A stretch of DNA of 64,000 nucleotides. It comes from Lama guanicoe. Lineage: Eukaryota. Location: NCBI GenBank assembly GCA_013239625.1, contig MU057344.1, positions 13,103,276 through 13,167,275 on the forward strand, written 5' to 3'. How positions within the stretch are numbered: position 1 is the stretch's first letter; every line of letters starts with the position of its first letter. Below, in pieces: positions 40,801 through 52,904 of the stretch. The position numbers and the translations under genes were made by a program. A model generated the notes under the pieces. The model saw only the letters and a program-made list of their open reading frames with translations, did not search any database and was not told the origin of the DNA.

Positions 40801-42357
40801 GAAACCCATCAATCCCACCCCAGAGTCAGAGCCCTCAACCAGCCTGCCGGTGCCACCTCTAGCATGTTGCTTGGCAGGTAACCCAGGAACAAAAATACTT
40901 CAGCCGTAAGAATCATCAACTGAATGGCGGCAGAGGGAAGCAAAAGCAGGCTTCGCATGATGAGGTCAGTGTGAGCTTCTCTCCTACAGACCAGGGAAGC
41001 AGGAAGGTCTAATCCCAAGGGAACAGAAAACTCAGTCCGTTTCCTCATCTCTGGGAGCACAGGCCTGGCCTCAGGATCTATAAAATGTGTGTATAAAACT
41101 GCCACGTTTAAACCTCCCTTAAAGTCATGGATGGGCTACACCATGGAGCATGTGAAGGAAGATTCTGACAGGGACTCTCTGACGAGGGCACATGCCACCT
41201 GAACAAGAAGCGGCCACCAGCCAGGGTAATGCCAGTGCCGCTGGCCTGGGAGGGTCCTTGGGACTGGTGTTCCTCCACGTGTCACAGTGGAGGGGACACT
41301 CCAGGGAAATTATGGGTGTTTGGCTGAGCGGTAAAGGGACAAGCTGTGGCGGAACAAGGAATAAAAGCCAGGGGACAGCTCAGGAAGTATTTCTAATTTG
41401 AAACCCCACCAAACACCCTGAAGCACAAAAAGGTTTCCCCAGGTTCCAAGGTCAGGAAGATGTGCAGGGTCAGGACGAGTAGGTGGAGCACAGCCTGCTG
41501 AGGCCTTAACGATAAGCAGGCTGATGCTACGCTGGGTCCACCTCACCCAGGGCTCCTGCGAGACACCCAGGAGGCCAACGACCCCATGAAACAGAAGCAG
41601 AGGCTCAGAGCTACACAACCGCTGAGTCACATGCCAGAGCCCTGGCTCTTTCCACCACATATTCGCTCCAAACTCTCAAGACCGCAAACTTCTAAATTCC
41701 GACAGTCCAACGGTCTACCAAGATTCCAGTGATACTGCTGGTTCAAGTGGAATTGTTTGTGCTGTGTCTGTCTGTCTGTAAGGGTGGAGGGGCCAACACT
41801 GATGTGCCACGTTACGTGAGGCATACCCAGAACAAGTCGGTGGCTTTTTTTTCTCCCTTAGTACAAAAATCATCTTGGCTGGCCTCAATGTTTCACACTG
41901 GATTCCTTCCATTGGATGAGTGTCTCATCAAGGTTTTGTTTTAATTTCACTGAGTCACCCAGAGAAAATGACCACGCACAGACTAAGGAAAATCTGTAAT
42001 TCTTCATACTGGAGAAGCAGTCAGCCCTATTTAGGAGCAACGAATGTGTCCCCTTCGTTTGCTGCGTCTTCCAGGATCAAGAGCTCCTCTGTTTCTCCAC
42101 TGTGGCTCATTAGGAAGTAAAAGGCACAAGTGGAGTCCCAGCATGCTCTGTGCTATGGACATGGAAGTACTGGGTGCTATGGAAATGAGGAGGGTCACCC
42201 AGAGCACCTCCGGAGGTGAGAAGGGGCAGGGGAGGCCAGGGAAGTTGTCTTGAGGAGCTAACACCCGAGCTCAGTTATAAAAATTGAAGCTAGTGTGGCA
42301 GAATCGGTCACAAAGAAGCCGGCAGGACTGAGGCGTGGGAGTGCAGTGTGGAACTCT

Positions 42358-42490
42358 GAACACTGATGGCCACACCACCCTGCGAAGATGCTAAAAAAAA
42401 AAAAAAGAAAGAAACACTGTACATCTTAAAAGGGTGAATTTTACGGTATATGAATTACATCTCCAGAAAGCTGTTGTTTAAAAAAAAAAA
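42358..42490 (+). mobile_element. Old L1M 3' end with A-tail
   Basis: cactgtacatcttaaaagggtgaattttacggtatatgaattacatctccagaaagctgtt followed by poly(A). Confidence 0.75.
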
Positions 42491-44390
42491 GTGAATTGAG
42501 AGGCTACTGCAGGCAGAGAGCACAGGTAGATCCAGGGAACTATAAGTTCAATGCAAATACAAAAAAATTAACTAGGGTTTCCAGCAAATAAGACTATGTT
42601 ACGTGACCTAAGTTTTGGTTAGTAAAACATGACCCTGGGCATCAGGAACCAAGGGCAGTGTTATCTTTCTCCTCACGCAGTTACGTCTATCTGGCTACTG
42701 ATCCTTACAACCCAGAGCTTTCCCACATCAGAATAAATTGATGCAGCACACAGGAGGGGTGCGTCACCAGGCTGGAAGCCAGACATGGGTCTACAGTGAA
42801 GCACGGCTAGATCACCAGACGAGCGGCAGCTGCCCTGGTCCTCAGTCTCCTCATCTCCACCCGAACAAGATGGGTTTTACAGTCCTCCAAGGCAGAGAAG
42901 AGGTACTTTGCTGGGGTGTTAGTGTAGACGTAGGGGCTCAGGATGGTGAGAGTAAGAGAGCAAGTCTGGCCCACCTCTGTCTTGTTTCATTCAAGTTTTA
43001 TGTAATTTAGTTTGAAAAGAGGGCTCCACTGATCTTAAAAATGTCTGAAAACCACTAGACTGGATGACCAGTATGGTTCATTGCAGTTTTAAGATCCTAC
43101 AAAGTTTCACAGTGCAAGACTTAGTCTTATCTACTTATTATCTCTACAACCACCCACAATACGGCTTTACGAGTTCAGCAAAAGTTTGTGACATTCCTTC
43201 TAAAACACCTGAGCAAGGAGCTGTGAGATCCCCGGGTCTGCCTCTGAGGTGCGCACGCACAAATGATGCAGGGAAGACGGGAAAGGCTTGTGACTGCGTG
43301 GGCTTCTCCCCTGATCGAGTCCCAGTGTAAAATTCTTAGGAAACTTCTCTATTTGTAGAACCCAAATCACCCCCTCTTCTCTCTTCCAGGAGTGAGGTCC
43401 TTCCCCCAGGAGCCCCTGCCCCTGTTCTGTTCACTAAAGGGAAGCCCAGTTTCTCCTCCTCCCCATGGCAGAGATCTTTATCAATGCTACCGTTCACTTT
43501 GCTGATCAGAGACTTGAGTCGCTGGAGTTAGCGCAGCACTCGCTCTTAAAGGGGTTGGTGATGGACACTCATCAGAAAACACAGGCTCCTGCCGGGCGGC
43601 CTCAACCCCGACCCCACAGGCCACGCAGCTGCTCCACACCTGCCCAGTTACTGGATGACTTCAAAGGTCGGGGGAAGCAGGCTGAGTGTGCCACACTCTT
43701 CTCAAGGGTTTTAAATCTATCTCCCAAAGCAGATTTGGTCAGGGGGATGACCCGGGCACTCGTCCTCCAGGGCCAGTGCCCGCCGGCCCGCACTGGGCTT
43801 CCTGACAGCCCTCGGAAAGGAAATGCTTCCTGCCTCTTCTGGTCCTGGGGAGGTGGACTCTCTCTCCAACTCACCTGCACGTCTCACATCTCTCACCAGC
43901 CAGAGGGCAGGACCTAACTTAGAGAGATACTCCTCAGACCTCTTTACGGAAACTCTCCAAGCATTTCATAAAACTCTTCCGAGGCCCCCCAGCGACAGAA
44001 TGCCATACAGTTTCTGAAAAGCAGGACCTAGACAGACCTCCTTCTAGAGAATTATATTAGGGCAAGGCCAAGGAACGGGTCTTTGTGCATTTCCGATGAA
44101 TTATGCTTCCTGCTCCGGCTGACAAGAACCAGGCATCTTCTCCACCAAGGGAGAGCTGTGCCTCCTGCTGACACACCCCGATCCTCGCCTAGGTCAGATT
44201 CCTTCCAGAGTACTTCCCTGACATCGCAGTACTGCTCCCCTCATATAGACGCGCTGGAGGACCAAGCTCATTTGTTCATTCTGCCCAGAGTGAAACCAAC
44301 ATGACACTCTAGTCTGTCATCCACTTACTTGGAAGCTCCAACAGCACAGACACAAGAAGCATGCACAGCCATCTCCAAGACCACAGTGAG

Positions 44391-44407
44391 AGACAGACAG
44401 ACAGACA

Positions 44408-44438
<31 letters not shown>
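44391..44438. repeat. Compound microsatellite (AGAC)n(AC)n
   Basis: Directly visible. Confidence 0.95.
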
Positions 44439-44440
<2 letters not shown>

Positions 44441-46184
44441 TTAACAACATCAAAACCCAAAGAACATTTGTGCACGTAATTCCAGAGAGACTTAAATTTC
44501 TAGTACAAAGGCAGAATAAAAGCCAAAAAGAAAAAACCTCCCCCCCACCAGAAGTGGGAGCTTTCAAGGAGACTTGCTGAGTGGCAAACATTTTGGAAAG
44601 ATGGAATTTTAAACACAAACACAAAAGGGCAGAGATTTGAGGCAGAAGAGCTATGCACGCAGCTGGGAGGCCCTTTAATTGGGGAAAGATTTGCAAAGCC
44701 TGTGGAGCATCGGCAAATCTCCCCGGGGTCTCAGGAATGGAAAGAATGTGGAAAGCAATGGGGTAATCAGCAAGTTCGAATTTGCTTGACACTCTCGTGG
44801 AAGGGTGTGGTCCCATCCCTGGCCACCTTTCAGTGGTCCTGGTGATCCCTCAAAGCAAGAGAAGAGGACCACTGGGCCTGGGAGAAAACAGGGTAGATTT
44901 TCTCATTCCTAAGGGTGCTTCGCACCAACAACATGCAGGAAAGCTCTTCTGTCAGTGGGTTTTAAGACAGAAATACAATTCAAGGGAAAAACTAAACACC
45001 CCCTCAGACCGAGGGACCGTACTTTCCACTTACATGTATTATACAGCACCCTCACAAGTATTTCCAATGGACTAAAAGACCCTGCACATGGGCAGATGAT
45101 CTGTTATAAAACAGAAAAATGGTTACCTCTGCTCCATCCACCGGGAATGCTTGGACTCCCCGGGGTGCGAGCAGAAGCAATGGTTTTCCCCCAAACAGCC
45201 ATCCCGTTCCTCTTCTTTCTGGGACATGGTGACAGTCAACACTGGAGCACAGGTATTTAACTCTACTCTGGAGAATACCCCGCGCCCCCAGCAGTTATGA
45301 GAAGAGCTACCAAACCTTAAGTTACAAGGGTAGCAAGGATCAGGAACAAAGGCACAGACCCTGCAACCCTCACCTCCACCAAAATCTAAGAGTTCAGGAA
45401 AAATGAAGTCAAGAGTTTACTTCAGGTTCCCTCAGGGGCAGCAGCTGTTACCAAGCAAAACAGAGAAGGAGGCGCCCTGACTTGGCGGAGCATCTGACTG
45501 ATAGGATTCAGTGAGTCCAGGGTGTCCATGAGATCGGACAAGATGAAGGTAGGTGGCACTGGCAGTTCCATCAAGCATGTGGTCTCAGCAGAGCTGGCAA
45601 GGTCACTGCTTCCCAGGAAAGGGCTGATGTGGGCTTTTCTAGAGGCTGATGGGCAGGTGGAATAATATAGTAAAAAGGCACATTTTGCAGCTCTAATCTT
45701 AAACTTGCAGACAGTCAACTGATCTCTGTCCCCGCCCTTATCCACCTAGAAGTCAGAGTAGCAGTCAGCAGCTGATCCTCAGCGAAACTGGAGTGTGTGC
45801 CATCACCTGCTTTTGTGCAAGGGACCCACGAGGCCTGAGCCAGTGCCCAAAGCTCACCAAGCACTGGTCCCCAGGCTGTAATCGGGGTGGGGACACACTG
45901 CCCCTGCTTCCTCTCTGCCTGGCTGGCCCGCTTCCTCTCACTCTGTGACGCATGTCTCAGGCCTCAGCTACACCAAGGTTCCCCTGAGACCACCCACGAA
46001 GGGTGGGTCTGGTGCCCCTCGGTGGTGCTCCCACAGAACTCTGTGGTCCTCTCCACCGGAATCCTCGTAGTATATCCACCTGGGCATCTGTCTCCCCAAT
46101 GACTATGAGCTCATTAAAGACACAAATCTTCTTTCACTCAGCAGGGTCCTGAGCAAGCCTTCCCTGGATGTCCATGACCTGCCT

Positions 46185-46760
46185 CGCGCTGGGGATACAA
46201 AACAGAAAAGACTCCTGCCCTCAGAGGGCTTGGTGGGCAGTGAGAGTCATATCATCAAGCAATTTCACCTGAGAGTGAAGGCAAGTGCCGTGGCTGGGGT
46301 GATGCAGTGGGAGAGGGCTGGGGAGAGAGGCCCGAGCAGAGGTCTGATGGAGAAGCAAAGTGGGGATGGTGCAGACATGTAGGCCCCCTAAAGCGGACGG
46401 CATGGCATGTACAACAAGACAGGGCTCGGGGCCTCGGGGAGACCCCACAGCAGGTCAGTATGACTCGGGGAGAGGGGTTCTAGGGGAGGCAGGCAGGGTG
46501 GACAGGGCCAGATCAAGAGCTCCCAAACCCAGGCTGTTGTCTGGGCCCCATTCTGATGACAGTGTGGAGTCACAAGGGGCAGTGGAGGGTCGCCATCAGC
46601 ACTGCATGTGGAAAGGTTACTCTGGCTGCAGGGAAGGAGACGCAGCGGGTGGGGGACCACAGACGGGGGCGCCAGAGGCTGGTGGAGCCATCCAGCGACC
46701 CAGGGTGGGGAAGCAGCAAAATGTTCAGTGAACTGCTCTAGAATGAGGATAAACACACCT
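46185..46760 (-). mobile_element. Degenerate L2 LINE fragment
   Basis: gctggggatacaaaacagaaaagactcctgccctcagagggctt followed by purine-rich antisense L2-like sequence. Boundaries approximate. Confidence 0.45.
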
Positions 46761-49069
46761 TCACCCGACAGGCTGGATGGGGGTGGGCAGCACTCTTTAA
46801 AAGAGACCACTTCAGGCACATGGAACCACGTCTCCAATGGCCTCCAACAGCGTGAGCTGCACCCAGTGTCGCGGGGGGCCTGCCTCTCTCCGCACTCCCA
46901 GCTGTCCCATATCCCACTTATGAACGCCTTCACTGTCAAGCCCGAAAGGTAAAGTGCCAGAGGCCACGGCCCTCCTGCTAGTGTGAGAAGCTCTGAGCGG
47001 CCTCACTGCCCCACCTGGCGGGGAGACGGCACCATCTCCCAGAGCCTAATCAAGCACTCCCCCACCACCCCAGCCAAATGGGAAACCCGGCCACTTCTGA
47101 CCGGGGGCACACGTCTCCTCAAAAGGACAGCTGAGGTGCAACGGGGAAGGCCAAGAGTTCAAGCTGCTCTGTCGCTGAACTTGTCCTGCACAGACCACAT
47201 GCTGTCATAAGGCCCCTGAGGAGAGCTGGCCAGCACCTTCTTTTCTGTCATCACAGCACTTAGCTCTGACACTGGGCCTACCTGCACCCAACGCTGCCCC
47301 CAAGCCCCTGACCCACATTACGTGGTCCTTACAACTGGCCTCTTTGTGAATGAGGTAAATTCATCATTCTCCTCCTCATGCAAATGAGGAAACTGAGGCA
47401 CGGAGAATTTCAGCAGCCTCCTTAAGGTCATCTGGACATTCAGGGCACACCCAGGTGCCGCTAACTCAGACTCCTTTCCCGCAGACGGCCACCAGCCCTA
47501 GGACGAGGGGCTGAGGTCTCCTGAGCTACATCTCAGCTTCACGAGGCATCTCCATTCATCTCTCTGCCTCAGATTACACAGCTTAGAATGTATAATATGC
47601 CGCCTCCTCTCTCAGAGTTTGGGGAGGGGCGGGTTGACTGGACCATTAACCAATGTTTATTTAGCATCAGCGATGTGGCCAGGCACCACGCAGGATCTGG
47701 CCACACGGACCCTACAGGTGCTTCGAGGCCAGAGGGCCCTTGGGGTGCACACAATGACAGCACACGATGAACAGGAAGGGCTCTGGACCAACCCCTGCTG
47801 GGGGACACTCCTTGGAGATGCGGCTGCCTGGAACATGCAGTGTTTGGAAGCAGGAAGCTCAGTGAAACAGGGAGGAAAAGGCTGGGGAAGAAGTGGTAAG
47901 CAAGCAGCTTTGTTTAAAGTGCCCGACACACATCTCTGCTCCCAACTTTATTCAGCACACAGTCAGAAAGAGAGAAATCCACTCCGGTGAAGGGTAATCA
48001 TTTCCAGCCTGGAGCAGATCTCCTAAAGGGTTTTGTTCTGAACCAAGAGTGTTATTTTAGCTTCCAGTCAATAGTAATTAAGCGTGCCTGTACATTCCAG
48101 AAAGAGGGGCAAGGGAGATTAACGATAATTAAATCTCTTCTGTATTTGGCTTCGAAATCTCTCCTGAGTAGCCAGCTGTCAGATACTTATTCCAAAGCCT
48201 CCATCTGACATAACTCCTACCACCACCATCTGTAACGTCAATTCTGGTCTTAGCTTGAAGGTTTCAATTACATAAAAGGTAACAGGCCCACTAGGACCTG
48301 AAAGTCTGGAGTTTCACAAGCGCCGTTCATACCACTTCTCTTGCGCGCCAAATATCTAGAGTCTGGTCGGTAATCACATGTGAAGAGGGCCACAGGGCTG
48401 GACAGCCCCTTTGGAAGGCCTCTCGCAGGCAAGTTCTGTGCATCTTGTGATTGACAGGGTCTCTAATGAACCTTAATTGTGAGAGCGACAGGCCCAGGAA
48501 GGCAGCAACAGATGTGGCAAAGGGGCAACCGCAAACTGCCCAACTAATGAATAAAAAGTGTCCGGCCTGATGAGGGCCCCTGACCCAAAGAAGGGGGAGG
48601 GAGGAGTCATTCCTCACCCCTGTACCTTTCTAAAGCTCTGACTCCTTTATGCAAGCAATGGGAAGCCTCTGGGTGTGCTGCCAGGTTCCCCTCCCCGACC
48701 TCCAATCTCGCCACAAAGAAGAACAGAGACGCAACGCGCTCGGTGGTGGCAGCCTGGACGCAGGGACCACGTGATCATGCTACAGACGCTGCCGACTCCA
48801 TCAGCATTTCGGCTTAGACCATGGAAGGCCAACAGGATGCCCTTCCAATATGGGAAGGAGAAAGCTACACTCTATGAAGACTGAATAGCTTCTCCCTGGT
48901 GCTAATTACTGTGACCATGTCTGCATTCAGAGTCAGCCGCCCGCTGGTGACCTGTAGTGACAAGGAGAAAGCTGTTCCTGGAGAAGCTGTGGGCACAGAC
49001 AGCATGGCGGGAGAGGAACAGGCATCTGAGTCACATGGGCCTGGGGGGACCCTGACCCTGACGCTGCTA

Positions 49070-49200
49070 CTAACCCGCTGTGAGGCTCTGACCAACTCAT
49101 TAAACCTCTCAGTTTCTTCATCTGTAAATGGTGGACATACAAGACTAACCTTGTAGTAAGCATGCAAAGCGTCTAGAACAGTCTCTTGTATCTGACAGTT
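49070..49200 (+). mobile_element. MIR SINE
   Basis: aaacctctcagtttcttcatctgtaaatggtgg. Confidence 0.7.
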
Positions 49201-50829
49201 ATCACTTAAAGCCAGGAGACCAGCAGGGTTTCTATTTGTTTGCACAATGACCACATCACACTGGTTCAAGTTCCATGTGATCTCAGAACCCCGTACAGCC
49301 ACTCTAAGCCAGGTACCATGCGGAAGCTTTACAAACACGATCTCTGGTTCTCAAGGTCAGTGCCCGTCTCCTTGATGGGGAAGTCGAGGCTCAGAGGATA
49401 CACAGCTAAGATGTGTGGAAGATGAAAGCAAAGCATGGCTGGGCCTTCAGACTGCAGGGGCTCAGCTGTATTATACCCCACTGCTCCTAAGCACACATTA
49501 TGGCCACCCAATCTCACACTAAGAGTTAGCCCCAAAAATACATAACTAAGAATTTTACAGAACTCTGGCCTCCAAGTATACTAAAATACGCTGCCTTAAC
49601 CTCACAAATAAGGGGGGAGGAGGCAGTCACGAGAAGGGAACCATTAAATAACCAATCTGTTTCCAAGCAATGTGCAAAATAACCAGGCACTCTACTTCAA
49701 GCCCACCGCGAACTTTCCCTCCTTGGCTGGTGGCATGTGCATCAGTGGTAGGAATAGGTAGCAGCAGGTGAGATGCTAAAACAGCCTCCCCACCACAAGA
49801 AACAGATTCAGGAGAGGCCCAAGAGGGGAAAAGCCAGGGACTAGAGGACCACTGCTGGCTGACTGTGAAAGACTCTCAGGTGTGGACCCGGGGTTCTCAA
49901 GCTGGAGAAAGGGGTGCCTGGGGGTGACACTGGCAGTGTGGAGGAGGAGAAGAAAGATTAGGGATGTGGGTTCAAGATGGGGACAAGAGATGAGCTGTCC
50001 TGAGAAGGTGCATGTGGAAACTGAATGCAAGGGAAGGCACAAGAAAGCAGGACCCTGGAGAACAGAAAGGATCCCAAGGGCTCCAAGCTCACAGGTGGCC
50101 CGTCCTGGATGATATAGAGGTAAGTACCCATGCGGCACACCCCTGGATGGCTGAAGGGAAGGTCATGAGGTCAAATGACCTGGGAGGCTACAACATCAGC
50201 TGGTTTGTCCTTGGACACTGAAATCAACCTTAAAGTCTTATCAGACCATCCAACTACTTTGTTTAGCGTTCCTGTCCCAGGGCTTCCAAAGAACTCTGAA
50301 TGATAATCTGACAACTGGGAGCAGTTATGCACCCAGGGGACTGAAGCAAGGAGAAGGGTGACTGCCAAAGCAATCAGCAAGGGGAGTGAAAAAGACCCAC
50401 CATCCAGGGAGCCCACCCCCAACCAGAGCAGAGGGAGGAGTGTGCTGTTAGATCACCCTTAGCTCTGTGGAGTGACAAATGTTGTCACTAGCCATAGAAC
50501 CAGTCAGCCACAGTCTGGCTCTGGCCTCCTCCACTCACTATGGGGTTGAGGGCAGTGGCTTTCTGTTCCCGGCTTTCTGTTCAGGGATTCCAACTTGAGA
50601 GTTCGGGAAGGTGGGGGGATGGTTTTCATGACAATCTAAAATCTCCTTCCTTTCAGGTTAAATAAACCAAGACCTTACAACTCTGTACTGGGTTACACTG
50701 TCCCCTTCCAAACCCCAGAAGTCAAGGCTGGGGCTGTGTCCGCCTGGGGAAACAGAGTCAGGGAGGCTGCTAGGGATGTCAGGGCACAGCCTCCAGGCAG
50801 GCAGAAGCCAGGGATGGTAATAAAAGCAT

Positions 50830-51020
50830 CAGTCAGCATTTTAAAGCACGTGTCTTATGTGCGCACGTTAGCACTTTATATGCCTTCCCAAATCCCCACA
50901 GCCACCCCGGGAATGCAGGTTTCTTATCTGAATCTGGTCTATGGGAGGAAACTCGGGGAGGTAAGGTAACCTGCCTGAGGTCTCAACGCTGGACAGTGAC
51001 CAAGGTGGGACTCAAGGCCA
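50830..51020 (-). mobile_element. MIR SINE
   Basis: gaggaaactcggggaggtaaggtaacctgcctgaggtc...ggtgggactcaa. Confidence 0.6.
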
Positions 51021-51589
51021 GTCAGCCTCACTCTGCCCACTCAAGTGAGCGGCCAAGGTGACGGGGCCTGACCAGGGGAAATCCGCCAGAGGTCCACCTG
51101 CTCGCCTCTCTCCCCCAAGTCACCATTCAGGGCAGGTTATGTGATCACAGACCTGAGGGAAAACGATGCCTCTTCTGCCAGCAAAAGGGGACCCTGAAAG
51201 TAGTGACATCAACATAAGGGTATCCATGGAGATGCTCCTTTGGTTCCAGCAACGGAACTCGGATTCTGAGACTGAGACCATCTGGCCCTCACCTCAAAGA
51301 GGAGGAGCCGAAGACCCAGAGGGACCTGCTGCTCACAGAGCGGGCTGGCGGCACTAGAAGAAGTCACAACCCAGGCTTCCTGACTTCCGGTAAGACTTGC
51401 TCAATGAATGTGATGCTTTCCCCCTCCTATTGAAGGAGCTAGTTCTCTATTTGAAAAAGACAACAAAAAAAGCTATGTTTCTTCCTATGCCATTTTTATC
51501 AAACAGTTACGAAAATTCAAAACATCACACTCAGTGCCACTGCCCAAAAGAATCTTGAAAGCCAGGCCATCTGATGTATAGGTTATGAA

Positions 51590-51785
51590 CCTTTTCTGGA
51601 AACCAATGTTTTCCACAGTAGACTGCATAAAAGTGAGTTAGAGAAACGCTGGGTTAAAGGAAAATGGGGTTGTTTCCTCTCTCTTTTTTTTTTAACTGCA
51701 GGACTTCTCAGAACCTTTATTATGACAATCCGGATGAGGAAACTCCTGGAGGGTAAATAGAGTGCGCCATGTTTCCCCAACTGCT
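51590..51785. mobile_element. MER103C-like DNA transposon fragment
   Basis: gagaaacgctgggttaaa...actgcaggacttctcagaacctttattatg matches the recalled MER103C. Confidence 0.6.
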
Positions 51786-52830
51786 GCTGTCTTTGTTCCT
51801 GAAGAGACTCAAAACCAAGGTGAGGTGACCAATTTCGTGAAAGTCAGGAGAAGTATAGGTTGCATTCAGAAATATCACCCATCCACTGAGCAGAAGGAGG
51901 GGTCATCAGTGAAGGAGGCTTACCCAGCCAGTCATCTTGTTTCATTTTGCACAGCTCGGACTAGGAAGGACGGAAAGGTTTGTGTGCTGGCCATCTGCAC
52001 CGCCTCGTCCGTGCATCACTTGTCTGTGCACCTAGCTCTGCTCCAGCATACGGTGGAGGAGGGCCCTGGAATCACACTGCCTGGGTTCACAGGTTGGCTC
52101 CCCCACTGCTACCTGGTGACCCTGGACAAGCTGCCGAAGGCCCTGCCGCTGCTTTGGCCCAGTGAGGACAACGACGGCGACAACCTCAGAAGGTGTTTTC
52201 TGGAGATTTAAAGACCTACATTCTTTGTCAGAAGCCACAAATATTTTTCAGTTTGTTCTCAGCCTTTTAATCATGTTAATCTGCACCTTACTGATGTTCT
52301 GATGTTCTCCCTCTGGGTCCTTCACATTCTATTAATACGAGCCCACGGGAGTATGAGTACGTTCTGTGCAATGGACATTTAGCTTGTTTTCCTTCTAAAT
52401 GATTAGCTGTTTCAGCAATTTTACTGAGGAATCAATTTCTCCGTCACAGGGAACAATGACTGTCACTCGTAGCTCCCACGTCGCGGGGCCTGTTTCTGAG
52501 CTGTCGGGCCCCGCAGCGCTCCTCCCGCCTCGTGGGAAGCGTACTCCCAGGTGGCACGTTGCTCTGCTGTTACAAATGGGATCTTGCCCTCCCATCCCCT
52601 GGCATCTTACATGTGTAACTGGTTTATGCCGTGCCGACGTGAGTACATTTGATTTAAAAGCAGTCAATTTACTGACCTGTCCTTTTATTTCCTGCAGTGT
52701 CCGAACCTGCTTTTCCTAAAATTTTTAGGTTTGCTTTATTAACTGAAAGAAGATATAGTAAAATACTAATACTACTTGTGATTGGGCAGGACTTTTTTTT
52801 TAAGGAGCACCCCACCCCCAACACGCAATG

Positions 52831-52831
<1 letters not shown>

Positions 52832-52872
<41 letters not shown>

Positions 52873-52904
52873 GTGTGCGCGTGTGTGTGCGCGCGCGCGC
52901 GCGC
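52832..52904. repeat. (GT)n/(GC)n alternating purine-pyrimidine microsatellite
   Basis: About 73 nt of uninterrupted alternation ending in a (GC)8 run, followed by G-runs. Confidence 0.95.

Noticed and set aside
42026-42035. Perfect CArG boxes CCTATTTAGG (42026) and CCATTTTAGG (59400-59409) in an actin-cytoskeleton gene
   Set aside because: CC(A/T)6GG is expected a few times per 64 kb by chance, and there is no supporting context without conservation or SRF ChIP data.
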